A stretch of 25,952 nt of DNA from an uncultured Lachnospiraceae bacterium (GTDB taxonomy: Bacteria > Bacillota > Clostridia > Lachnospirales > Lachnospiraceae), in NCBI GenBank assembly GCA_964500085.1, contig CAZCON010000001.1, forward strand, positions 1 through 25,952. The letters are read 5' to 3'. The notes beneath the pieces are model-generated. The model was not told where the DNA came from and searched no databases. It worked only from the letters and a program-made list of their open reading frames with translations. Positions 1-7,983 of the stretch are shown here, piece by piece. Both the position numbers and the translations under genes were made by a program. Position 1 is the first letter of the stretch. Each line of letters begins with the position of its first letter.

Positions 1-490
1 GTTCCGGAACGGTGTCCTTAAATTCCGGATTATAGACGGAGAGCACGTGCTTTGTAACAGCGGTAACGGCGTCAGGCTGGGCAAACGGCATTTGTTCATA
101 GATACCCTTTAAGGACTGCATTTTTGCAGGTGAAATATTGGATTCCTTTAGAATCTGCGTAAAATAATTTGCAGAAAGCTCCTCGTCCCGAAAGGGACCG
201 ATGGCAATAAAGGGCTGCTGCGTATCACTCTTTGGTAACGTAAGAATATTGTAAAAGCCCAAATTGCTTTTTACGATTAGAATACGATTGCAGTGACAGG
301 AGTTCCCGAAGGATAGATTTTGGGGATTTTCGTTATAATTTGTCCAGACCATGGCGCGCAGCCCAAGGTCTATTTTTTTTATATCTGTATAAGGCGGCGT
401 AAACAAATGAACCGGCACCTGAAATGCCGATTGAAGAATTTTTTGTAGGAGCATGCAGCTATCTGTAAGGCTTGTTATAGTGTTGTTCAA
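1..490 (-). CDS. Partial CDS running off the left edge; probable N-terminal sensor domain of an AraC-family transcriptional regulator, divergent from the GH2 gene
   Basis: Manual translation of the minus strand: RBS GAAAGGGG, TTG start at 490, in-frame stop upstream, open to base 1 (~163 aa: MNNTITSLTDSCMLLQKILQSAFQVPVHLFTPPYTDIKKIDLGLRAMVW...QPFIAIGPFRDEELSANYFTQILKE...VYNPEFKDTVPE). Absent from the ORF track, probably because its stop lies outside the window. The AraC call is inferred from context and the IGPF-type N-terminal segment; the HTH would lie outside the window. Confidence 0.7.
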   Translation of the reverse strand, partial: MNNTITSLTDSCMLLQKILQSAFQVPVHLFTPPYTDIKKIDLGLRAMVWTNYNENPQNLSFGNSCHCNRILIVKSNLGFYNILTLPKSDTQQPFIAIGPFRDEELSANYFTQILKESNISPAKMQSLKGIYEQMPFAQPDAVTAVTKHVLSVYNPEFKDTVPE

Positions 491-579
491 GAGAAATCCC
501 CTTTCGATGATACCGGTGCGGCGGTATACTTTTGTTTATTGTTTGCCTTATTTTTGAAAAATCAATTCATATAAATATT

Positions 580-614
580 ATACAATTCAAACAAAAAAAA
601 TACAAGTTTATAAT
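580..614 (+). promoter_or_regulatory. AT-rich divergent promoter region with ATACAA direct repeats 20 bp apart and a TATAAT hexamer
   Basis: ATACAAtT at 580-587 and ATACAAgT at 600-607; TATAAT at 609-614. The spacing resembles tandem AraC-type half-sites. No clean -35 is visible. Confidence 0.35.
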
Positions 615-672
615 GATATTATAGGGTAAAATAATGTTAACAGAGTAGTGTTGATAAAGGAGGTCGTGATTT

Positions 673-2922
673 ATGAAGTTTACTTGGAATGATGCTTGGC
701 TGTTTACGAAGGATGCTGCGAAGGTGTCGGAGGAGCATTCCGCTTTAAATTTATCTGATTGGGAAGGCGTAACCCTGCCGCATACATGGAACGCAAAGGA
801 CGGACAGGATGGTGGTAATGATTATTACCGTGGCACCTGTTTTTATACAAAGAGACTTGCGCTGAAGGAGTGCCGGGGTGCAGAACAGGTTTACATCGAG
901 TTTGAAGGCGCCAATTCTTCTGCGGATGTATATGTGAACGGCACGCTTGCCGTACACCATGATGGCGGATATTCGACCTTTCGTGCGAATATCACAGAGC
1001 TTTTAAAGGATGAAAATGAAATTTTAGTGGCTGTGGATAATGCTCCGAATGACAGGGTATATCCGCAGATGGCGGACTTTACCTTTTATGGCGGTATTTA
1101 CCGTAACGTAAATGTGATTTGTGTACCGAAAGCACACTTTGATTTGGATTTCTTTGGAGGTCCGGGAATTCAGGTCACCCCAAAGGTTGAGGACGACGCT
1201 GCAAGGGTAGAGGTTATCGGGTACTTTTCGGGACTTACCGGAAATGAAACCGTGCGATATGTGGTAAAGGACGGTGATGCAATCATTTGCGAAGCGGAGG
1301 TTTCTGCAACGGACGGTAAGGCGGAGCTTTTTATTGAAAACGTACACCTCTGGAATGGTCGTAAGGACCCGCATCTTTATACTCTGGAGGCTGTTTTGGC
1401 AGATGACGGTAAGGAGTTGGATACAAGATGTGTCCGCTTTGGCTGTCGTTCCTTTGAAATTGACCCGGAGAGAGGCTTTATTTTAAACGGTGCGGAATAT
1501 CCGCTTCGCGGCGTATCCCGTCATCAGGACAGAAAGGATATCGGAAATGCGCTTCTTCCGGAGCATCATAGAGAGGATGCAGAGCTGATTTACGAGGTAG
1601 GTGCTACGACAATTCGTCTGGCGCATTACCAGCACGCACAGTATTTTTATGATTTATGCGATGAGCTTGGCTTTGTACTCTGGGCGGAGATTCCGTATAT
1701 TTCCCAGCATATGCCGAACGGACGTGAAAATACAATCTCCCAGATGAAGGAGCTGATTGCACAGAACTATAACCATCCGTCGATTTTTGTATGGGGGCTT
1801 TCTAACGAGATTACCATGAAAGGCGTACAAGACCCGGATTTACTGGAAAATCACCGGATTTTAAATGATTTGTGCCATGACTGGGACAAGACCAGACGGA
1901 CGACGATGGCGATTGTTTCGATGTGTCCGATAGACAGCGACTATGTGAAGATTCCGGATACGGTATCGTGGAACCATTACTTTGGCTGGTATGGCGGCGA
2001 TACCTCCATGAACGGTCCGTGGATGGATAACTTCCATGCAAAGCATCCGACCATTCCGGTAGGTATGAGTGAGTACGGCTGTGAAGCACTCAACTGGCAT
2101 AATTCTAATCCGGAGCAGGGGGATTATTCTGAGGAATATCAGGCATACTACCATGAAGAGCTGATTAAGCAGCTGTTCGCAAGAAAGTATCTTTGGGCTA
2201 CCCACGTTTGGAATATGTTTGACTTTGCAGCAGACAGCCGGGCTGAGGGCGGCGAGGATGGTATGAACCATAAGGGCCTTATGACTTTTGACAGAACGTA
2301 CAAGAAGGATGCCTTTTATGCATATAAGGCGTGGCTTTCGGATGAACCGTTTGTACACATTTGCGGAAAACGGTATGTGGACCGTGTGGAGGATGTGACG
2401 AGAGTGACGGTTTATTCTAATCAACCTGAGGTGGAGCTGTTTGCAAATGGTAAGAGTCTCGGAAAGCAGACAAGCGAGATGCATTTCTTTTACTTTAATG
2501 TGCCGAATGTGGGTACTACGGAGCTTACGGCAAAGGCAGGAAGCTGTGAGGATACCTCGAAGCTTGTCAAGGTAGAAAAATTTAATGACGCGTATCGTAT
2601 GGTGGAAACCGGCGATGTGCTGAACTGGTTCGAAATCACTGCTCCGGAGGGGTATTTTTCGATTAATGATAAGGCAGGAGAGGTACTGGCAACGGGAAGG
2701 GGTAAGCTTCTGTTCCTGGGGCTGATGAAGGATGCCATGAAGGGCAGAAAGACCATGGCGGATCCGACCCGGATGCTGGAGGGAAAGGAAATGATGGGCT
2801 TTTTGGCAGGCTTTACCGTAAAACGTCTGCTCTCCATGATGGGTACAATGGGAGCAAAGCCCTTGACGAAGGAACAGATGCTGGATTTGAATAGGAAGCT
2901 GAATAAGATTAAGAAGAAATAA
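673..2922 (+). CDS. GH2 glycoside hydrolase, probable beta-glucuronidase resembling the FMN-binding class
   Basis: 749 aa, RBS AAGGAGG. GH2 motifs LPHTWN, HDGGYSTF, DFTFYGGIYR, IRLAHY, WGLSNE (E379, acid/base), YFGWY, GMSEYG (E467, nucleophile) and VWNMFDF...NHKG (NxKG, residues 532-535). Confidence 0.85.
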   Translation: MKFTWNDAWLFTKDAAKVSEEHSALNLSDWEGVTLPHTWNAKDGQDGGNDYYRGTCFYTKRLALKECRGAEQVYIEFEGANSSADVYVNGTLAVHHDGGYSTFRANITELLKDENEILVAVDNAPNDRVYPQMADFTFYGGIYRNVNVICVPKAHFDLDFFGGPGIQVTPKVEDDAARVEVIGYFSGLTGNETVRYVVKDGDAIICEAEVSATDGKAELFIENVHLWNGRKDPHLYTLEAVLADDGKELDTRCVRFGCRSFEIDPERGFILNGAEYPLRGVSRHQDRKDIGNALLPEHHREDAELIYEVGATTIRLAHYQHAQYFYDLCDELGFVLWAEIPYISQHMPNGRENTISQMKELIAQNYNHPSIFVWGLSNEITMKGVQDPDLLENHRILNDLCHDWDKTRRTTMAIVSMCPIDSDYVKIPDTVSWNHYFGWYGGDTSMNGPWMDNFHAKHPTIPVGMSEYGCEALNWHNSNPEQGDYSEEYQAYYHEELIKQLFARKYLWATHVWNMFDFAADSRAEGGEDGMNHKGLMTFDRTYKKDAFYAYKAWLSDEPFVHICGKRYVDRVEDVTRVTVYSNQPEVELFANGKSLGKQTSEMHFFYFNVPNVGTTELTAKAGSCEDTSKLVKVEKFNDAYRMVETGDVLNWFEITAPEGYFSINDKAGEVLATGRGKLLFLGLMKDAMKGRKTMADPTRMLEGKEMMGFLAGFTVKRLLSMMGTMGAKPLTKEQMLDLNRKLNKIKKK

Positions 2923-2978
2923 GGTATCGGGGAGAAGGTAACAGATAACACAGTTTTTTCAACGAAAGGAGAAAATCT

Positions 2979-4454
2979 ATGGGAAAAAAAGTTACGCTTG
3001 ATGAAAAGGGGTATCGCAGGTTTGGCATGCGGGATAAGGTGGCATATGCGGCCGGTGATTTTGGCTGTAACATGAGCTTCGCGCTAAAGGGAACGGTTCA
3101 GACCTTCTGGCTTGTTTACATGATGCTGGAGACGGGTCTCCTTTCTGTATTATTGCTTGTCGTACAGATTTGGGATGCGGTTAATGACCCGTTAATCGGC
3201 TCTATGATTGATGCAGACAGAAGGAAATATAGACGAGGGAAATTTAAAACCTATATTCTGATTGGAGCAGTCGGTCTGCTGGTTGCCGGAGCACTGGTGT
3301 TTATTCCGATTCCAAATGCGTCCGTGCTTGTGAAGGCAATTGTATTTATTTTGGGTTATATTGTATGGGATGCCTGTTACACCGTGGCGAATGTTCCGTA
3401 TGGTTCCATGCTGTCCTTGGTGACGGAGGACGCGGGAGAAAGGGCGCAGCTGTCAACTTGGCGCAGTGTCGGTTCCACAATCGGAAATCTGCTGCCAAAT
3501 ATGATTCTTCCGTTGCTGATATGGGAGAAGGTTGTAGATAAGGACGGAAATCCGGTTTTGAATGAGGAAACGGGGGAGCAGGTTCAGAAGCTGGTTGGCG
3601 AGAGGGTATTTGTTGTAGCGATTTTGATGGGAGTCATTGGATTTATTGCATTTCTTTTTATGCTGAAAAACATTACAATTCGTGTAGACGAGAATACCGT
3701 AAAAACAAATGAAAATGAAAAATTTAATGTGGTCAAGGCATTCGGAAATTTTCTGAAGAATCGTCCGGCTGTCGGTGCAACGCTTGCTGCGATGGGAATG
3801 TTCCTTGGTATGCAGTCTGCAACGACCGCAACCTCCATTATGTTTGCAATTTATTTTGGAAAAGCGCAGCTTTCAGGAATTGTTCAGATGATTGGATTCC
3901 TGCCGATGTTTGTATTCATGCCTTTTATCAAAAAAATCGTTGCAAGGTGGGGAAAAAAAGAGGCCTCGGTAGCCGGTACGGCAGTATCCTTGGTCGGCGG
4001 CGTGCTGATGTTTGTGTTTCCGTTGATTTCGAATAAGAGCCTTGCGCTTGTGGTTTATATTCTGGCATTATGTATTTACGGATTCGGTATGGGTGTTTAT
4101 ACCTGTGTTTCCTGGGCGTTGATGGCAGATGCGATTGATTACAATGAGTGGAAGACCGGAAAGAGAGAGGAGGGTACGGTTTATTCCCTGCATTCCTTCT
4201 TCCGTAAGCTGTCGCAGGGTGTCGGACCGTCCGTTGTACTTCTGCTGATGGGTGCGTTGGGCTATAACTCAGAGCTGGGTGTCGGCGCTCAGTCTGCGGG
4301 AACCGCATATCATATGTGCTGGCTGGTAGCGGCATTGTATATGTTCAGTGCGGTTATGCAGTTTGTCGGACTTGCTTTTGTATACAACCTTGACAGGAAG
4401 AAGCTTGCCGAGATGCAGGCTGATTTGGACAAACGTCACGGAAGAGTAAAATAA
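2979..4454 (+). CDS. MFS glycoside-pentoside-hexuronide (GPH, MelB/UidB-like) cation symporter
   Basis: 491 aa, about 12 hydrophobic segments. Motifs YAAGDFG, WDAVNDPLIG, NVPYGSM, MADAIDYNEWKTGKREEG. RBS AAAGGAG. Confidence 0.92.
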   Translation: MGKKVTLDEKGYRRFGMRDKVAYAAGDFGCNMSFALKGTVQTFWLVYMMLETGLLSVLLLVVQIWDAVNDPLIGSMIDADRRKYRRGKFKTYILIGAVGLLVAGALVFIPIPNASVLVKAIVFILGYIVWDACYTVANVPYGSMLSLVTEDAGERAQLSTWRSVGSTIGNLLPNMILPLLIWEKVVDKDGNPVLNEETGEQVQKLVGERVFVVAILMGVIGFIAFLFMLKNITIRVDENTVKTNENEKFNVVKAFGNFLKNRPAVGATLAAMGMFLGMQSATTATSIMFAIYFGKAQLSGIVQMIGFLPMFVFMPFIKKIVARWGKKEASVAGTAVSLVGGVLMFVFPLISNKSLALVVYILALCIYGFGMGVYTCVSWALMADAIDYNEWKTGKREEGTVYSLHSFFRKLSQGVGPSVVLLLMGALGYNSELGVGAQSAGTAYHMCWLVAALYMFSAVMQFVGLAFVYNLDRKKLAEMQADLDKRHGRVK

Positions 4455-4505
4455 TGCAGACTACATCAGAATTTGACAATTCCTTGTAAAATTTCCTCAT
4501 ACGGC

Positions 4506-4546
4506 AAGGCGCTGTGAAGTTTAGGATTGAACTTTACAGCGCTTTT
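4506..4546 (+). terminator. Rho-independent terminator of the GH2-GPH operon
   Basis: AAGGCGCTGTGAAGTT-taggattg-AACTTTACAGCGCTTT: a 16-bp stem with two G-U pairs, ending in a T run. Confidence 0.75.
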
Positions 4547-4554
4547 GTTATAAT
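4527..4554 (+). promoter_or_regulatory. SigA-type promoter for the Nudix gene, overlapping the upstream terminator
   Basis: TTGAAC-N16-TATAAT with extended -10 TG at 4546-4547. Confidence 0.6.
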
Positions 4555-4590
4555 AAAAGGGCAGTTCTTTTACAAAAAGGAGATTTTAAA

Positions 4591-5079
4591 ATGCGTTTTT
4601 CATTTTGTCCGCATTGCGGAACGAGGCTGATTCAGAAGGAAATCGGAGATGAGGGACTGGTGCCGTTTTGTGAAACGTGCAGCATGCCGTTGTTTGATAT
4701 GTTTTCCACCTGTGTCATTTGTGCAGTTACAAATGAATGCGGTGAGATTGCATTGTTAAGACAAAGCTATTTGTCGGAAACCCGCTATGTCTGTGTGTCA
4801 GGTTTTATGAAAATCGGGGAGTCGGCAGAGGAATCGGCGGTCCGTGAAATTGAAGAGGAAATCGGTCAGACGGTGGAGAAGCTTACGTTTGTAAAAAGTT
4901 ATCCGTATGAGAAAAAGGAGATGCTGATGCTCGGCTTTCATGCGAAGGTAAAAAAAGCGGAGCTGGTTCTTTCTTCCGAGGTGGATGCTGCGGAGTGGGT
5001 GGCGTTTTCAGACGCGCTTGGAAAAATCCGGGAGGGCAGCATTGCATGGCAACTGGTAAAGGAAGTCATTGGCGCGTAG
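4591..5079 (+). CDS. Nudix hydrolase, short NudC (NADH pyrophosphatase)-like with zinc ribbon
   Basis: CPHCG...CETC zinc ribbon; Nudix box GFMKIGESAEESAVREIEEEIG; RBS AAAAGGAG. Confidence 0.85.
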   Translation: MRFSFCPHCGTRLIQKEIGDEGLVPFCETCSMPLFDMFSTCVICAVTNECGEIALLRQSYLSETRYVCVSGFMKIGESAEESAVREIEEEIGQTVEKLTFVKSYPYEKKEMLMLGFHAKVKKAELVLSSEVDAAEWVAFSDALGKIREGSIAWQLVKEVIGA

Positions 5080-5136
5080 AAAGATATGTATCCAAAGCAA
5101 TGTGGTGCAGTAATGCGACCAAAACCGCCTGCCTAC

Positions 5137-5165
5137 TTGATTCTTTTTGCGCTTTGTGTTATAAT
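5137..5165 (+). promoter_or_regulatory. SigA-type promoter of the amino acid ABC operon
   Basis: TTGATT-N17-TATAAT with extended TG at 5157-5158. Confidence 0.7.
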
Positions 5166-5209
5166 ACAGATTCGGTTTAGTGAATGCGTAAAACGGAAGG
5201 AGAAGCTAG

Positions 5210-5935
5210 ATGAGTCTGTATATGACCTTTTTATCCGGTGGGGGAATTATGGAATGGTTTACAAAATTGGCGAATGACTTTGAAAAGTGTTTTATTCGTG
5301 AGGACCGTTGGAAGCTTTTGCTGGACGGTGTCGGCGTAACCATAAAGATTTCTTTGCTGGCAGTGGTGCTGGGACTTATTATCGGCTTTCTGATTGCACT
5401 TTGCAGTTTGTCAAAGAACAGGCTGTTGCGTTTTCTTGGTAAGGTATATACCGATGTCATCCGCGGTACGCCGTCGGTAACACAGCTGATGATTATTTAC
5501 TTTGTTGTGTTTCAGTCGGTACATTGGGAAAAGTGGATTATTGCGGCAATTGCCTTTTCGATAAACTCCGGTGCCTATGTGTCGGAAATTATCCGGGCGG
5601 GCATTTTGTCGATTGACAAGGGACAGACGGAGGCAGGACGTTCCCTTGGTCTGACCAGTGCACAGACGATGCTTCATATTGTGATTCCGCAGGCGATAAA
5701 GAATATTTTTCCGGCGATGTGTAATGAGTTTATTACCCTGATTAAGGAAACTGCAATTGTAGGTTATGTAGGTCTTATGGATATCCAGAAAGCCGGCGAT
5801 TTCATCAAGAGTGCCACATTTATGGCGTTTATGCCGCTCATTGGCACTGCGGTCATTTATTTTGTATTGATAAAGATATTGACACTTGTACTTGGAAAGC
5901 TGGAAATAAGACTACGTAAGTCTGATATTCGGTAG
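5210..5935 (+). CDS. Polar amino acid ABC transporter permease (GlnP/HisM family)
   Basis: [14 protein letters not shown] and [26 protein letters not shown] (EAA loop); RBS AAGGAG 7 nt upstream. Confidence 0.93.
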   Translation: MSLYMTFLSGGGIMEWFTKLANDFEKCFIREDRWKLLLDGVGVTIKISLLAVVLGLIIGFLIALCSLSKNRLLRFLGKVYTDVIRGTPSVTQLMIIYFVVFQSVHWEKWIIAAIAFSINSGAYVSEIIRAGILSIDKGQTEAGRSLGLTSAQTMLHIVIPQAIKNIFPAMCNEFITLIKETAIVGYVGLMDIQKAGDFIKSATFMAFMPLIGTAVIYFVLIKILTLVLGKLEIRLRKSDIR

Positions 5936-5949
5936 AAAGGGGCAGTTGC

Positions 5950-6672
5950 ATGATTCGAATCAATAATTTACATAAAAGTTTTGATAAATTGCATGTATTG
6001 AACGGTATCAATGAGCATATCAAGCCGGGAGAGGTGGTTGTTGTCATTGGCCCGTCCGGTTCTGGCAAGAGTACCTTTCTGCGGTGCCTGAACCTGCTGG
6101 AAACGCCGGATGCCGGTGAAATCTATGTGGATGAGGAGCAGATTAACGCACCGAAGGTAGACGTAAATAAGGTTCGTCAGAAGATGGGCATGGTGTTTCA
6201 GCACTTCAATTTGTTTCCGCATTTGACGATAATGGAAAATATTACACTTGCTCCGGTAAAACTGAAAAAAATGACAAAGGAACAGGCAGTGGCAAAGGGA
6301 GAAGAGCTGCTGAAGATTGTTGGTCTTGCAGAAAAGGCGGATGCGTATCCGGTACAGCTGTCCGGTGGGCAGAAGCAGCGTATTGCGATTGCGCGTTCTC
6401 TTGCCATGGAGCCGGAAATCATGCTGTTTGATGAGCCGACCAGCGCACTTGACCCGGAGATGGTAGGCGAGGTGCTGGATGTTATGAAAAAGCTTGCAAA
6501 AAGCGGTATGACGATGGTGGTGGTGACGCATGAGATGGGCTTTGCGAAGGAAGTGGCATCCCGTGTGATATTTATGGATGAGGGAGTCGTGCTGGAGAGT
6601 GGTACGCCGGAGGAGGTATTTGAACATCCGCGGCACGAGAGAACGAAGCTCTTTTTAAGCAAGGTGCTTTAA
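5950..6672 (+). CDS. Polar amino acid ABC transporter ATP-binding protein (GlnQ family)
   Basis: Walker [10 protein letters not shown], signature LSGGQKQR, Walker [15 protein letters not shown]-loop VTHEM. Confidence 0.96.
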   Translation: MIRINNLHKSFDKLHVLNGINEHIKPGEVVVVIGPSGSGKSTFLRCLNLLETPDAGEIYVDEEQINAPKVDVNKVRQKMGMVFQHFNLFPHLTIMENITLAPVKLKKMTKEQAVAKGEELLKIVGLAEKADAYPVQLSGGQKQRIAIARSLAMEPEIMLFDEPTSALDPEMVGEVLDVMKKLAKSGMTMVVVTHEMGFAKEVASRVIFMDEGVVLESGTPEEVFEHPRHERTKLFLSKVL

Positions 6673-6706
6673 AAGATAAAGATTACAAGGAATAAGGAGA
6701 AAAGAA

Positions 6707-7480
6707 ATGAAAAAGACAGGAAAAAAGTTAGTATTGGCATTGGCATGTGTGGCTTCCGTAGCCATGCTTGCAGCATGCGGCGGTAAGGAACAGGGAAATG
6801 AGGAAAAGAAGGAGCTTGTATTCGGTACGAATGCAGAGTTTCCGCCGTTTGAGTATGTTGTTTCCAAGGGTGTGATTGATAAGTACGATGGCATCGACAT
6901 GGCAATTGCAAAGCAGATTGCAGAGGACAACGATATGACTGCAAAGATTGAGAATATGGAATTTGATTCCCTGCTCTTAGCACTGGAAAACGGCCAGGTA
7001 GACGCAGTTATCGCAGGCATGACGATTACTCCGGAGAAGGCAGAAGAAGTGGACTTTGCCATTCCGTATTATACCGCAAAGCAGGTCATGATTGTAAAAG
7101 AGGATTCTGACATTGCAGCAGCAGCGGATATGGCAGATAAGAGGATTGTTGTCATTCAGGGATATACCGGACAGACCTGTGTGGAAAATCTGGGATATGA
7201 GTTCGAGGCATTTAAGAAGGGCTCGGAAGCAGTCATGGAGCTTGTAAACGGCAAGTGCGACGTGGTGGTAATTGACTCTGCAACGGCTCAGAAGTATGTT
7301 GGTGACAATGAGGGCTTAAAGATTGTGGAGGATGCTGCGGCATTTGATTCCGAGGAGTACGGCATCGCAGTGAAGAAGGGAAATACCGAGCTTTTGGAAA
7401 AAATCAATACGGTATTGACTAAGATGATAGAGAATGGAACAATCAACGAGCTTTCTGCACAGTATTCTGAGGCAGAGTAA
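6707..7480 (+). CDS. Polar amino acid ABC transporter substrate-binding lipoprotein (family 3)
   Basis: Lipobox MLAAC; GTNAEFPPFEY, DGIDMAIA, EEYGIAVKKGN. Confidence 0.93.
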   Translation: MKKTGKKLVLALACVASVAMLAACGGKEQGNEEKKELVFGTNAEFPPFEYVVSKGVIDKYDGIDMAIAKQIAEDNDMTAKIENMEFDSLLLALENGQVDAVIAGMTITPEKAEEVDFAIPYYTAKQVMIVKEDSDIAAAADMADKRIVVIQGYTGQTCVENLGYEFEAFKKGSEAVMELVNGKCDVVVIDSATAQKYVGDNEGLKIVEDAAAFDSEEYGIAVKKGNTELLEKINTVLTKMIENGTINELSAQYSEAE

Positions 7481-7499
7481 TCGCACATTTTTCATACAC

Positions 7500-7534
7500 A
7501 AAGGGCAGCCGCAGGCTTCGTGCGACTGCCCTTT
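7500..7534. terminator. Probable bidirectional terminator between convergent genes
   Basis: AAAGGGCAG-C-CGCA-ggcttcg-TGCG-A-CTGCCCTTT, with A and T flanks, between stops at 7480 (+) and 7541 (-). Confidence 0.7.
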
Positions 7535-7540
7535 CTTAAT

Positions 7541-7813
7541 TTAGCAGCCGCAGCTGTCGCCGCAACCACCGCAGAAGAACAGAAGAAGGATGATGATAAG
7601 GATACAGCTGCAGCCGCTGCCACTGCCGAGTACACCGCCACAGTTGTTATTGTTGCAGCCACAGTCGCAGTCACAGCCATTGTTAGAGCCGCCTACGCCG
7701 TTGCCGCAGCCACAGCCGCCGCAGAAGAGGAGTAACAGGATGATAATCCACCAGCAGCTGCCGCTGTTAGAACCGCCTACACCACCACAACCACAATTTG
7801 ATAAGTTTCCCAT
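7541..7813 (-). CDS. Small Gly/Cys-rich protein with two hydrophobic repeats (resembles the clostridial family often annotated as chorion-class high-cysteine protein); probably spore-associated
   Basis: 90 aa, RBS GGAGGA 7 nt upstream. Duplicated unit C(WW/SCIL)III(L)LLL(L/F)FCGGCG embedded in CGCGG/N repeats. SigK-like promoter upstream. Confidence 0.8.
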   Translation of the reverse strand: MGNLSNCGCGGVGGSNSGSCWWIIILLLLFCGGCGCGNGVGGSNNGCDCDCGCNNNNCGGVLGSGSGCSCILIIILLLFFCGGCGDSCGC

Positions 7814-7844
7814 GAAGATTTCCTCCAGAATTTTGATTACACCA

Positions 7845-7873
7845 TATCGTATGCACCTATGCTTGACTTTGTT
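7845..7873 (-). promoter_or_regulatory. SigK-like (late mother-cell) promoter
   Basis: Minus strand AACA-N16-CATACGATA matches the SigK consensus mACm-N16-CATAnnnTA; it lies about 30 nt upstream of the start codon. Confidence 0.65.
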
Positions 7874-7925
7874 TCAGGCTTTTTTGTTTTACCGGAAACA
7901 CTGTTGCCTGCCGATAATATTTTTC

Positions 7926-7954
7926 TTGAAAATATGGAGACGGTGCGGTATGAT
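7926..7954 (+). promoter_or_regulatory. SigA-type promoter for the GT2-LicD operon
   Basis: TTGAAA-N17-TATGAT. Confidence 0.6.
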
Positions 7955-7983
7955 AAAAAAGGGAAAGTGTAAGGAGGCTGGCT

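Noticed and set aside
1811-2951. Long minus-strand ORFs opposite GH2, and similar ones at 5968-6636, 13652-14309 and 22104-22484
   Set aside because: They lie fully antisense to well-supported genes and have no RBS or recognisable motifs.
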